This document shows positions 48,363 to 58,803 of a stretch of 64,000 bases of DNA, one piece after another. The notes below the pieces were generated by a model, which was not told where the DNA came from, did not search any database, and saw only the letters and a list, made by a program, of their open reading frames with translations. The DNA comes from a virus. Lineage: Duplodnaviria; Heunggongvirae; Uroviricota; Caudoviricetes. Location of the stretch: IMG/VR virus record IMGVR_UViG_3300024272_000021; one strand, written 5' to 3'. A program made the position numbers and the translations under genes. The stretch's first letter is position 1, and each line of letters starts with the position of its first letter.

Positions 48363-48398
48363 TCATAGCACTTTTTGTCGTTTTTGTCAAGTCCCTGT

Positions 48399-49976
48399 TT
48401 ACTTTTCCGTATTAATTAACTTATGCGTGGGCCTTGCTTTAGCAGTCTCGTAGAATCCGCAAAAATCACCATCATATCTTACAAGATACGCAACACCAGT
48501 ATCATTACTATCCGCGCCACGACGGCATTTATCTATAAAGAACAATCTCCATACCTTACTTCTATCTGGCAAAAACTCTTCCTCATACCATGATCCATCT
48601 TCTCTCTGTTTGAGTCTAAACGGATTAATATAATATGGACTGCTCGGATCAAGTTCAAGATCGGTTACCTTTCTAAACATAATAAGATTAGACAAAGTTT
48701 CCTTTATAGCACGGCTATTAGAAAGACAGCTTGCATCAATCCAACAGCGATTGAGCGAATTAAGCGCCAGCTGTACGGTCATCAAACCAATAGCATTGTA
48801 CTTCATGGCTATTTCCGTTAGACTTCTAGTGTCCCTAACTAGGCTCATCCAAAAAGTATCGTTGTTTCCACTGTCCATTGAAAGCTTAAAAGTATCTACT
48901 AGAAATCCAGTATAACCGCCGCGTGTAATATCCTTTTTTATAATTTGGCATGTTAGTCTTGCGTCAGCGTCGCTTAGACTAGTAACTTTGATAGACTTAG
49001 CATAATTCTGCTCCCAGTATGTTTGAGCTTCCTGAATTTTCTGCCTATCTTTATCCGTTAAATTACCAGAAGAAAGTTTCTTTTTGCTAATCTTCCAATA
49101 ATCTAGGCACCTTGTCAACGTCCATATGAGAAACTGGATATTAACATCAGATACAGAACTTTCGTTTGTTACAATAGTAAATCTTTCTCCCTGAGATATT
49201 AGACCCATAAGTACAGTAACCATATAAGTTGATTTACCTGCACCAGAGTGAGCTGCCCAACAGTTTAAGGTTCCGTGTTTCACACCAAGTATATCTGAAC
49301 TCATAAATGGGAATGTTTTGATTGCGTCTCCCTTAACGTTTATACCTGCTTCGCCAAAACTAACACCCATTTCTTCCTTGTTTTCCAACCTTTCAATAAA
49401 TGCATCATTGAAGTTAATATATCCCTCCTCAACGATCTTGGAGCTATTTATCTTAGTATCCAGAGTTGATAAAGTTCCCTCATAAAAGTCAATAACTTCT
49501 GATGCACTCAACTTCTTAAACAGCTGGTAAGGAACAACTCTCTTTCCGTTATCCAAAATCATTTCATCGAGAAGGTTAAAATTCTTTCTAGAAAGAGCCA
49601 ACATGATATTACTCTTGTTCAGATCGTCCAGGAAAGAATCGTAGTTCTTTAGTGAAACCGCATCCATAACATTCTGAATCTGTCGGAAACCACCAAATTC
49701 ATTGTTAATCTTGTTTTTTAAATCCTCGCTTGCGTTTGACAAAAATGTAATTTCATCAAAAATATGATATCTTTTGTCTCTAATCTGCTTTCCAATTGTA
49801 AACAGCATACGACCAGACTTAGTTATAAAATCATTAGAGGATAAGCCGCAATCATCATACAGAGTTAGGTCGTTAAGAAGGCATCCGCAAACATTTCCCT
49901 CTTCGGTTAATCTTGATTCCAAAAGTCTTTCGTCATAAAGATCAAACACTCCACCAATAAACTGATTCTTGTCCAT
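48399..49976 (-). CDS. dnaB: Replicative DNA helicase (DnaB family)
   Basis: Walker A AHSGAGKST, RecA-like C-domain, N-terminal helical domain; 525 aa. Confidence 0.75.
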   Translation of the reverse strand: MDKNQFIGGVFDLYDERLLESRLTEEGNVCGCLLNDLTLYDDCGLSSNDFITKSGRMLFTIGKQIRDKRYHIFDEITFLSNASEDLKNKINNEFGGFRQIQNVMDAVSLKNYDSFLDDLNKSNIMLALSRKNFNLLDEMILDNGKRVVPYQLFKKLSASEVIDFYEGTLSTLDTKINSSKIVEEGYINFNDAFIERLENKEEMGVSFGEAGINVKGDAIKTFPFMSSDILGVKHGTLNCWAAHSGAGKSTYMVTVLMGLISQGERFTIVTNESSVSDVNIQFLIWTLTRCLDYWKISKKKLSSGNLTDKDRQKIQEAQTYWEQNYAKSIKVTSLSDADARLTCQIIKKDITRGGYTGFLVDTFKLSMDSGNNDTFWMSLVRDTRSLTEIAMKYNAIGLMTVQLALNSLNRCWIDASCLSNSRAIKETLSNLIMFRKVTDLELDPSSPYYINPFRLKQREDGSWYEEEFLPDRSKVWRLFFIDKCRRGADSNDTGVAYLVRYDGDFCGFYETAKARPTHKLINTEK

Positions 49977-50494
49977 TAAAAATCATCCTCCAAGTCCGCC
50001 AAAGATCTACGTTTATTATTACTATTATTAGTTACCGGGGCATAGAAGGTTTCATCAACTTGTACTTTAGGCTTAGGTGTTTCTTTTGCCTTGGATTTAA
50101 AGTCGCCCAATTTATTCTTAAGAATAGTACTCAAATATCTAATACGACCAAACTCAACATTATCTAGTCTATAAACTATGTCTATTAAATAAGATTTATT
50201 TTCTTCTAAGTATTGTCCAATTACCTCATTGGAAGCCACTTTATTCCATATAGCCCATTCTTTCCAGAGAACAGTATTGATTATCTCTTTTCGCCCAATA
50301 ATATCGCAAATTAGACGATATACCTTGTCTTTATCTGCTGCAGTTTTCTCTTTTTTCGCAAGGTCGTCTTCATATTCACTTTGACTGCAAAAATAAGCAC
50401 GTTTTTCTTTGCCATTACGGTCATATGTAATCACAAGATGCGCCATTGTTTTATCTAGTGAATTGCCACAGATACGACATTTTACCTTTGCCAT
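49976..50494 (-). CDS. Hypothetical protein with an N-terminal zinc ribbon
   Basis: CRICGN...C motif. Confidence 0.4.
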   Translation of the reverse strand: MAKVKCRICGNSLDKTMAHLVITYDRNGKEKRAYFCSQSEYEDDLAKKEKTAADKDKVYRLICDIIGRKEIINTVLWKEWAIWNKVASNEVIGQYLEENKSYLIDIVYRLDNVEFGRIRYLSTILKNKLGDFKSKAKETPKPKVQVDETFYAPVTNNSNNKRRSLADLEDDF

Positions 50495-50530
50495 TTATGC
50501 CCTTCCTTTCTAGTCTATAAATAAAAAAAG

Positions 50531-50563
50531 GAGGAGACAGCCTCCCGCCTCCTCCTTTCAATT
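50531..50563 (-). terminator. Rho-independent terminator
   Basis: aggaggag...ctcctcct hairpin followed by a TTTTTTTATTTAT run on the minus strand. Confidence 0.55.
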
Positions 50564-50565
50564 TC

Positions 50566-51717
50566 TTACTCAAATACTGCCAGAATTTCCTTTAGTACGT
50601 CTTCATCTTCAATCTGATCCAACTTTACACCAGTGGCGGCAATTAGTTCCTTAACTTGCTTCTTCTGTTCGGCAGTACCAGCCTTGTTCTTATTGCGGAT
50701 CATGGTTCGAACTGCATCAAAATCAAATTCTAGCTCAACCTCTTCATCTAGCGCATCATCCATATCGAAGGGAATCTCGTCATCTTCCTCTTCATCCTCT
50801 AGTTCGTCTACTACAGGAATAGGTTCGGGCTCAACTACCTTAGGCTTCTTAGGAACGACTCCATCGGACTTTCCCAGCTTCATAGCGATAGCTTCTTCGA
50901 CTGCCTTTATAAAATTCTCTGCATTAAAGTCGATCTTGGCCACAATATACTCAAAGTGACTCTTGCAGTCGATTGCATTATCATCGTCCGCAAAAACCAT
51001 AACTCTCTTGCGATCAACAAGTTCTCCAACCTTATCGATCTTCTTTGTAAAGGCATTCTTCTTTTCTTCAATATTCTCAATGGTATTTTCAAAATAGCAC
51101 ATTGCTACTAGATTTACCTTGTCCTTAAGTGCATTGTAATACTTATTATCAAGATTACAAGTAAGCTGCTCAAACTGTACCTTTGTAATCGTATCTTCCT
51201 TAACCTTTGCCTTAGTATGGCCGATCTCTAGAATGCTATATCCAGCCTCCTGTAGCTTTAGAACCTGCTGAATCATAAGGTTAGTAGCCCTATTTTCTCC
51301 AGCCTGATATCCCTTATATGCCTGCTTAATGCTCTTTGCTCTCTCATTAAGTTCGCAAGTAGCATTCCACTCAGCCACTACATAATCTTCTACGATTCTT
51401 GCATATTCATCAAGACTATCAATTGCCACAAACTTAGTATCAGGATAAGCCTCCTTGTTAGTGCAAAGTTCCTTTACAATTGCAACAAAAGTCTTAAAAT
51501 CAGGTGCTACATCGCCGAATGCATCAGGAATATGCCTCGGTCTATTCTCGCCGCCACATGTAATAATAAATGTACCTTCATTGCTACCAGTCTTTAGCTT
51601 ACCAATTTCATAAACCAGTGTAGTTTTACCAATACCGCCAACACCATTAATAATATATGAGTAATCTTCAAACTTTTCACTCATCTTATAAGTAATGCCA
51701 AACTTTCTTTCCGCCAT
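50566..51717 (-). CDS. P-loop NTPase with an acidic C-terminal tail (putative replication/recombination ATPase or helicase loader)
   Basis: GVGGIGKTT Walker A; EDEEEDDEIPFDMDD tail; lies between SSB-like and helicase genes. Confidence 0.5.
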   Translation of the reverse strand: MAERKFGITYKMSEKFEDYSYIINGVGGIGKTTLVYEIGKLKTGSNEGTFIITCGGENRPRHIPDAFGDVAPDFKTFVAIVKELCTNKEAYPDTKFVAIDSLDEYARIVEDYVVAEWNATCELNERAKSIKQAYKGYQAGENRATNLMIQQVLKLQEAGYSILEIGHTKAKVKEDTITKVQFEQLTCNLDNKYYNALKDKVNLVAMCYFENTIENIEEKKNAFTKKIDKVGELVDRKRVMVFADDDNAIDCKSHFEYIVAKIDFNAENFIKAVEEAIAMKLGKSDGVVPKKPKVVEPEPIPVVDELEDEEEDDEIPFDMDDALDEEVELEFDFDAVRTMIRNKNKAGTAEQKKQVKELIAATGVKLDQIEDEDVLKEILAVFE

Positions 51718-51743
51718 CTCTTATAGTCTCCTTTAACTCATTA

Positions 51744-52907
51744 TTATAAATCGTCTTCTTCACTATCAAATATATTAGCTCTAGCTTCATGCATGTCATC
51801 CGCAGAATATAGAGTATCCTGAGGAACGTTTTTCTTAGGATTGAGCTTTGTGAATCTGAGCTCACTAATTCTATCTCCAACTACTCGGCCACCTAGTTCA
51901 CGCTTAACATCTTCGAAGTCAAGCAATCCACACTCAATATCTTCCCTTGTTGCTTCATCAAGCATATCCATTGTCACTTCAACAATTTCGGCACCATTAA
52001 TAACCTTGAGAATTAGACCGATTTCTTTGATCTTTTCATCACCGGAAAACTTTTCCTTTAGACGCTCAAGCTTCTTTTCATCGTTTTCTTTAATCGCTAC
52101 GGATAGCGGCATAAAGCCATTTTTCTTCAGACTATTATCATAATAAGAAGTCCAACCATTCAGAAAACATCTGCCAGTTTCTTCATAGCGACTATCATCC
52201 CAAACATTCTCATCAAAAAATAGGTCAGCCCTAAGCTCCGTTTCAGGTACAGAATCCTCTGATGCAAGAATGACTCTTGTTACACGATAATTGGTATAAT
52301 ACCTATTCTTATCCGCATTATAAGAAATATCATAATTTCCACTAATATGGAACAGCTTATCCTTAAACTTATCAGACGCAGCTACCTTAGCTACATATTC
52401 TGCAAAATCCCATTCAGACAAAAATACCTTCTTCTTTGCCAGAGATTTTTCGAGAGCAGCCTTGGCATCATTTAGATTATAAATGCCAATCTCTTCCATG
52501 GCCTCATCGGTAGCATTATTCTTTTCAAAGGCTGTAATAAGGTTCTGTACCTTATACCTCATCGCAACATCACCAGTATCACAGGTAAATTTTCTAAATC
52601 CTGCCACTTTGTCGATCTGTTCTGCATCAAATCTCTTTTCCCACGGAATCGTAATTGTCTTTCCCTTGCTTACCTTACCGTTAGCATCAGTAGTAGACTT
52701 GCTTAGAGTCTGAATAGTATTCTTTTCATCCTTACTCCATTTACCACCCTGGGCTGTACATAGTACCCTATTGGTACCACTAACACAATTAAATCTTACC
52801 GTTGTCATTGTCCATCCGCTCTTAAATGTTTGCTTATCTATAGGATGGAATTTTTCACTATCCTTACCTAGGACAATCTTCCCTGTAAAGTTAAAAATAT
52901 TTGCCAT
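51744..52907 (-). CDS. Putative single-stranded DNA-binding protein (OB fold, acidic C-terminal tail)
   Basis: N-terminal OB-like region and C-terminal DSEEDDL tail; replication neighbourhood. Confidence 0.4.
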   Translation of the reverse strand: MANIFNFTGKIVLGKDSEKFHPIDKQTFKSGWTMTTVRFNCVSGTNRVLCTAQGGKWSKDEKNTIQTLSKSTTDANGKVSKGKTITIPWEKRFDAEQIDKVAGFRKFTCDTGDVAMRYKVQNLITAFEKNNATDEAMEEIGIYNLNDAKAALEKSLAKKKVFLSEWDFAEYVAKVAASDKFKDKLFHISGNYDISYNADKNRYYTNYRVTRVILASEDSVPETELRADLFFDENVWDDSRYEETGRCFLNGWTSYYDNSLKKNGFMPLSVAIKENDEKKLERLKEKFSGDEKIKEIGLILKVINGAEIVEVTMDMLDEATREDIECGLLDFEDVKRELGGRVVGDRISELRFTKLNPKKNVPQDTLYSADDMHEARANIFDSEEDDL

Positions 52908-52922
52908 GTTTCTTTTATCTCC

Positions 52923-53273
52923 TTAATTCAATTCTTTGCAATGGTCGCAATCTCCGTTGCACTCTTCTTCAATTAGAATGTCAGAGAAACCATCTTCAAA
53001 TATCTCACTTAGAGTCTCAAGCAGTTCTTCCATAGTATCAGATTCGAAAACATTTTCCATGATATTATACTTAACTCTTTCATAATCCGAACTATTCCTC
53101 ATTGAAAAAGCATGAAACCAATTTTCGTCGCAGCAACAAGTTACATAAAACACCGGAACGTCTGCCGCTTTAGTGAGTTCGATGAAATGAGTTTCGTTAA
53201 GATCATTTACCAGAATACTTTCGCTAACCATAGTTCCCTGATATACCATATTCAAATCTCCTTTGACATTCAT
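52923..53273 (-). CDS. Hypothetical acidic protein
   Basis: ORF; start codon inside promoter motif variant. Confidence 0.4.
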   Translation of the reverse strand: MNVKGDLNMVYQGTMVSESILVNDLNETHFIELTKAADVPVFYVTCCCDENWFHAFSMRNSSDYERVKYNIMENVFESDTMEELLETLSEIFEDGFSDILIEEECNGDCDHCKELN

Positions 53274-53282
53274 TTTGTACTG

Positions 53283-53492
53283 TTAGTAATATCTGTTATC
53301 CATATTAACATCATAAAAATAATAGATGTCTTCCTTTTGTTCGCCTAAATTCAAAGCTTTAGTAATCCCGCATGTCGGGCAGTTGGTCATAATGTATAAC
53401 TTTTCAATAGAAACTTCTTGGGGTATTTGATAGATTCTCCCACAACCCGTACATTGTAACCACGTTTTTGTTTTCTTTCCATCTATATTCAC
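53283..53492 (-). CDS. Hypothetical zinc-ribbon protein
   Basis: CTGCG...CPTCG; promoter motif at 53527. Confidence 0.4.
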   Translation of the reverse strand: MNIDGKKTKTWLQCTGCGRIYQIPQEVSIEKLYIMTNCPTCGITKALNLGEQKEDIYYFYDVNMDNRYY

Positions 53493-53919
53493 TCATATTT
53501 TGCCTCCCTCCTTATCGTCTCAAAGCCATTCATTTTGTACTGTAGACCTTATTTATAAATGCATTATACCATACTTCGTCCGACTTGTCAAGTGTTCCCT
53601 CCCCAGCCGCCATATTACCTATAATACAATATATAATTCCATTACATCACTTTTAATATAACATTTTTCACTATCGATATAGACCTCCGTAAGTTCGTCC
53701 ATATTTATGTATCGCTTTTCATCCTCAATTATGAGGCCGATGCGCTCTCCGTCCATAAAGGGACAGAGAACACATCCATTCATTCTTTGGTTCCCATACA
53801 ACAGGTGCTTAATTTGTACGTTTGCCTTTCTGTTGTTTAAAACATTAAACTTCTCTATAAAATCTCTTACAATAAAACTTGATAACATTTGCCTATACCC
53901 CCTAGAAGCTGTCAATAAT

Positions 53920-54894
53920 TTATATGAAATCTTTAAAGCGGTGTGTCAAATTATCTACATAACTATCTGAATGAAAACCATATTTACCAGCTAAATCATA
54001 ACCATCTTCGGATTTTAAGAAACTTTTTAATTCAAGTCCTGTTTCTTGCATCCCTTGATTTAGGTAATGATACATGCCACTGATGTGTATATTCTTCATC
54101 GTTAGCCCGGGGATACCAACGTGTTCTCTAAAATTTTGTACTTTTCTATATACCCATCGAAAATTTCTGTCATCTGAATCGGCTGCATGTGTGTTATCTC
54201 TTTCTTTATACAAATTCCCAATCCCAATTAATTTTTTAACTCTCAATGATTCTCCGTAACACATATATTCAGTTTCGTCGAATGCTTTAATTAAAAAATT
54301 ATACAGCCTATCAGTTAACTTTATCCTCCTTCCGTCTGGAAAGTATAGCATCCTTTCCCTTGAATCGACCATGGACTTATTTATCTTAACCAGGTCGCTC
54401 ATACTTGGTCCAGAAATGCCCTCCCATAAGCACTCTAATATAGCCTTATCAGTCCAGTTATATAACCGATCCTCAATTTCCGTTATCTCTTCTCTGCTTA
54501 AGAACTTCATACTATCTGGCGGAATGCATGGTTTTAATAATTCTATAGTAATATTGTCATATGATTCCGTTGTTTGTTCCTTATGATAATAACGTCGCCA
54601 TGCACAATATGCCTTTAAAATTGTATTGTAATTCAAAAGCACATAAACTGATTTAGCTTTAAACTCCTTATACATCCCTAAAATTTCTTCTTCGTTAAAT
54701 TGGTTACAGTCCTTATGATTCTTTTCTTCAAATGGTTCCGTTTTTCTAAAAAGACTATACAATGATGTTCGAGCTATAACTCTAGACCTCATATAGTCTT
54801 TTATAAAACCTTCTTTCATTTCAGATTGATACATGATATTGCCACCCCTTTGTGGATTATTATATACAACGAACACCTGTTTGTCAATTAACAA
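53920..54894 (-). CDS. Hypothetical protein, possibly a degenerate tyrosine-recombinase-like protein
   Basis: 324 aa directly upstream of the integrase; weak HxxxxY-like C-terminal pattern only. Confidence 0.35.
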   Translation of the reverse strand: MLIDKQVFVVYNNPQRGGNIMYQSEMKEGFIKDYMRSRVIARTSLYSLFRKTEPFEEKNHKDCNQFNEEEILGMYKEFKAKSVYVLLNYNTILKAYCAWRRYYHKEQTTESYDNITIELLKPCIPPDSMKFLSREEITEIEDRLYNWTDKAILECLWEGISGPSMSDLVKINKSMVDSRERMLYFPDGRRIKLTDRLYNFLIKAFDETEYMCYGESLRVKKLIGIGNLYKERDNTHAADSDDRNFRWVYRKVQNFREHVGIPGLTMKNIHISGMYHYLNQGMQETGLELKSFLKSEDGYDLAGKYGFHSDSYVDNLTHRFKDFI

Positions 54895-54907
54895 TTGTTG
54901 GAATATT

Positions 54908-55882
54908 TTAAATCATATCGTCCAAAATATTCGCAGCCTGCTTCTGTCTTTCCTTAGACAATTCTGCGTATCTTTGTGTAGTTGAAACGTTCTTATGATT
55001 CAACTGTTTTGCGCACAAATAAATGTCACCAGTTGCTTCATACAGATTTGTAGCACAAGAATGACGCATAACATGAGGAGTAACATGTTTATCCGTTACT
55101 CCTTTTGAATACTTTTTAAGCAATTCTGCGACCATGTCATCACTTAGGCGTTGATCACGCTGTGAAATAAACAATGCCTGAGAAGTATAATCAGAAAAAT
55201 ATCTCTTTCTGTCTTCAAGCCATGATATGATTTGTGCTTTCAGATTATCCCCAAACATTATATAATTATCATAATCTCCCTTTTCAGTAATTCTAATTTG
55301 ATTATGCTTGAAATCAATATCTTCTATATCAATCTGTATAATTGCTGATACACGAAGTCCAGTACTAAAACCCAACTTCAAAAGACAAAGATCTCTATTT
55401 TTAAACTTATCTTGTGCATTCATTTCAATGTTATGTATTATTTTTGTAATTTCTTCAGGTGTCAAATATGTTACCTTAGGATTATCCTTCATTTTAGGTC
55501 TTTGTGTATTTGCTACCGGATTCATGTTAATATAATCAGGGACTAAAAACTGAAAAAACGAATTAAGTGCAGACCATTGCACACTCCTTATACTATCCGA
55601 TGTTCTTTCCATTTTTCCATTTACCTCTTTAGTTCTCAAAGAAGCAATATATTTATTAATATGAAGGGGTTTTATCTTCAAATAAAACTGTTCATCATTT
55701 TTCCCCTTAAACGTAAAATTCAAAAACGAAATTACGCAATTGATATATCTATATGCAGTATCATAAGATTTACCAGAACCTACAAGACTATAATAATATT
55801 CACTAATAATATGAGGAACATCATTAAGTCTATTCAAAATCTTTCTTTCCAATTTCTGTTCTTTTTCCAACCTACCACTCAA
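54908..55882 (-). CDS. Tyrosine recombinase/integrase (XerC/XerD-like)
   Basis: GLRVSAIIQ (catalytic Arg), HVMRHSCATNLYEATGD...LNHKNVSTTQRYAELS (H-x-x-R-H, nucleophilic Tyr). Confidence 0.85.
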   Translation of the reverse strand: MSGRLEKEQKLERKILNRLNDVPHIISEYYYSLVGSGKSYDTAYRYINCVISFLNFTFKGKNDEQFYLKIKPLHINKYIASLRTKEVNGKMERTSDSIRSVQWSALNSFFQFLVPDYINMNPVANTQRPKMKDNPKVTYLTPEEITKIIHNIEMNAQDKFKNRDLCLLKLGFSTGLRVSAIIQIDIEDIDFKHNQIRITEKGDYDNYIMFGDNLKAQIISWLEDRKRYFSDYTSQALFISQRDQRLSDDMVAELLKKYSKGVTDKHVTPHVMRHSCATNLYEATGDIYLCAKQLNHKNVSTTQRYAELSKERQKQAANILDDMI

Positions 55883-56306
55883 TGTAAGTCCCCTCCTTTT
55901 TAATTTTATCAGATCTCCAAGAAAAAAAGACTATAGATATAAGAATCCACCAACCAACATTATATCTAAAAATTGTAGCAAGAATCATGAGAAAGATATA
56001 CCATACCCAGCCAAGAAACATACCGCTAATATCAAAGTCATTCATTTTCTTTTCAACGGGCATATGTACTTTGCTATTTCTTTTATCTGTTACAGCGATA
56101 AAGAATTTTTGAAAATACTTATCTGGCGCACGCCAAGTACATTCATTTATTCTATATATATATCGGTTATGTTCTGTATCATAACAAATAAAAGTCGCTT
56201 CTACCTTCTCCCCTGCTTCATTTAGAATAAAAATAGTACCGGTATAATATTTTTCACCATCTACAATAAAATAATTCCGATACATCAAACGATCTCCTCC
56301 AAACAA
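55872..56306 (-). CDS. Hypothetical membrane protein (two C-terminal TM helices)
   Basis: GMFLGWVWYIFLMILATIF and WWILISIVFFSW. Confidence 0.4.
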   Translation of the reverse strand: MFGGDRLMYRNYFIVDGEKYYTGTIFILNEAGEKVEATFICYDTEHNRYIYRINECTWRAPDKYFQKFFIAVTDKRNSKVHMPVEKKMNDFDISGMFLGWVWYIFLMILATIFRYNVGWWILISIVFFSWRSDKIKKEGTYIEW

Positions 56307-56505
56307 GAAATTGCTTCTTCTAGTGCATCAATTGCTGCTTCTAGGTTTTCCTGTGCTTCAGCTGAGTTTATTCCATTATCAGATTCTAGAAGGCTTTCGG
56401 GCATATTATCATATGCTTCCTGTTCTTCGTCCAATATATTTCGCACCAGATCTTCAATTTTCCGCACAGCTTCCAGGATCTTTTTTCTTCTTGCTTTGTT
56501 CATAA

Positions 56506-56745
56506 TTACATACCTCCAGAAATTGTTGTCATATAATCATTAATCATTTGTTTTCTAGTCTTCCTTTTCTGCTTGACCAATTCTCTCTGTCTCCAATACT
56601 GGTGTTCTTCATTCTTTACAAGATGTCGGCACTCCTTCTGTAGACAATTCTTGCACTTCATCTGTTTGACAGTCATATTACAATGATGATAACGACAGTA
56701 AGCCGCCACGTTATTAGACTGAGTATGAAACAGACACTCTTTCAT
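56506..56745 (-). CDS. Hypothetical Cys/His-rich zinc-finger protein
   Basis: ORF; promoter motif at 56775. Confidence 0.4.
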   Translation of the reverse strand: MKECLFHTQSNNVAAYCRYHHCNMTVKQMKCKNCLQKECRHLVKNEEHQYWRQRELVKQKRKTRKQMINDYMTTISGGM

Positions 56746-56822
56746 AATATACCACCCTTTCCCTTATTTTAAATCATTAATTTTGAATTGTCAAGATTAT
56801 CAATTTAGAATATTGTGAATAT

Positions 56823-57338
56823 TTACATTCGCATCCTCTTTTCAAATGCTTTCTTGTATGGTTCAAATTCTTTTACTTCGTCGTAACCTATTCTTTCGAG
56901 AATCTTAACTCTTTCTTCTTCATCAAGAATTCTAGTTATCTTAATTCTGTCGGCTATAACCCAGAGACGATCACCCGACTCTCTAAAATTATAAAAGCCT
57001 CCATCAGGAAGTCTATCTGTAAAACATTTCTTTGGCAGTGCTACAACAGTATTCGTATAATCTATATCCGCTGCGTATTCTACTTCACACCATACTCTCT
57101 TAAATTTCTTACCTCTTTGAGATTTATATGTGCCATCTGCACTCATAAGCCACGGCGCACTTGGCATTGTCGCACCAATATGCCACCCAGGACGATGTGC
57201 AAATCCTTTATGCTCCATAATAATCTCAGCAGGAATCCATTCATTCACCAGCGTTTCCTTTGTCTTTCCAATAAAAAGAGGGAAGAGCTTCCCGTCTTCC
57301 CTCTTTTCAAATAACTTATATCCCATTCTTGTTTTCAT
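56823..57338 (-). CDS. Hypothetical protein
   Basis: ORF. Confidence 0.4.
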   Translation of the reverse strand: MKTRMGYKLFEKREDGKLFPLFIGKTKETLVNEWIPAEIIMEHKGFAHRPGWHIGATMPSAPWLMSADGTYKSQRGKKFKRVWCEVEYAADIDYTNTVVALPKKCFTDRLPDGGFYNFRESGDRLWVIADRIKITRILDEEERVKILERIGYDEVKEFEPYKKAFEKRMRM

Positions 57339-57350
57339 AATCTTACCTCC

Positions 57351-57767
57351 TTATTTCAGTTGCAGAGTTTCAAGCGGCGGCAACTTCCCACCACGTCTTA
57401 CACCACGATCATATTCCATATCAATATAATCCTGATAGTCTTTTATTATCTTTTCAGGAACTTTAATTCCATATTCCTTGCATTTCTCTAGCGCCCATAC
57501 GGTTGCATAATATTCTTCTTCACATCTTCTCATGCCTGTTGTAGTAGTTTCAAGATGCCCAATTTCATGCAACAACGTAAATGTACTCTGCACACTATTT
57601 GCAGCTTTCCATTTACACACCCTTCTTTTCTTTACATGTGCATGTGTTCTCCGCCAGTCATTACTACATTTAGATCCATCGCATAAATCCACTCGATATT
57701 TCTTAACTATATCTGCCTGAATTTCAGCATATTTCATACTCCGACATCCTTTCTTTATATTCTTCAT
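57351..57767 (-). CDS. HExxH zinc-metallopeptidase-like protein (ImmA/IrrE- or SprT-like)
   Basis: TLLHEIGHLE motif with a downstream EEYYAT. Confidence 0.4.
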   Translation of the reverse strand: MKNIKKGCRSMKYAEIQADIVKKYRVDLCDGSKCSNDWRRTHAHVKKRRVCKWKAANSVQSTFTLLHEIGHLETTTTGMRRCEEEYYATVWALEKCKEYGIKVPEKIIKDYQDYIDMEYDRGVRRGGKLPPLETLQLK

Positions 57768-58524
57768 AGCCTTCTTCAGTCAAAAATCTCTTAGCTTCCT
57801 TAAGACTAGCTACCGTAATTTCATGTGTATCAAGATTAGTTTTAGCAATAATAGGAATGTATTCGTTATTGCCAATCCATTTTCTGCCTTCAGAGAACAT
57901 CACTCTTCCGCGCTTCCACTTCTTACCGCCACTTCCGTTAGAATACTGATAACCTCTAACTTCCTTCTTAGTTTTCATTACTCAAACCTCCATTCATCGG
58001 GAAACATTCTCCAACCTGCATTTATCATGTCTTCAAACTGAATGCAATAGCACTGATTCTGTTCGTAAGAATCTATATTGCACCATAAATTTCCAGTAAG
58101 CCTCTCATATCTTTCTTCTGCCTTTTCCCATATCATTTCAACAAAATCAAGATGTTCCATATTTTCACCAGTTTTGACGTTTATAAATTTTAACATTATT
58201 TATTCCTCCTTTTGATTACCAAAGATTTTCGCCAAGTACTTGCAAATTGCAGCCCTTACTGTTTCCAGTAATAGGAATCCAACGCTCACCATAACCGTCA
58301 ACACAAAGGACCATATATGCCTCGTCGCTCGTCCATCTATTCTTCATGACCTTATACTGAACACCATCCCAACCACACTTTGCCTTAGCGACTACTTCGG
58401 ACAGTAGACTAATATACTCTCGCATGTCTTTTTGTGCGTCGGTATATTCTGACTCTGAAATCTCTACATAACCCTTATCTCTGAGACACCAACCATAAGT
58501 ATAATTTTTCATATTCATTCCTCC

Positions 58525-58794
58525 TTACACATTCAATGTCTGAGTTTCAGTCATAATAACGAAGCTGCAGTTATATTCAAAATCATAACTATAACCAGTT
58601 GCTCCAGGCGCAACTTCATATCCAGAAGTGTCAAATACACCAAAGTATTCACACTTTTCCATATGATTCATATCACTAAACTCCCAGAATTCATCTTCGT
58701 TTTCAAACTGAAATACAGAGATTTTATCTGCGGATTCACCACGGAATACCCAATCGGATTCAAATATCTTTTTCATAAAATCATCACCATTCAT
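58525..58794 (-). CDS. Hypothetical protein
   Basis: ORF; start codon inside promoter motif variant. Confidence 0.4.
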   Translation of the reverse strand: MNGDDFMKKIFESDWVFRGESADKISVFQFENEDEFWEFSDMNHMEKCEYFGVFDTSGYEVAPGATGYSYDFEYNCSFVIMTETQTLNV

Positions 58795-58803
58795 TTTGTA
58801 TTG

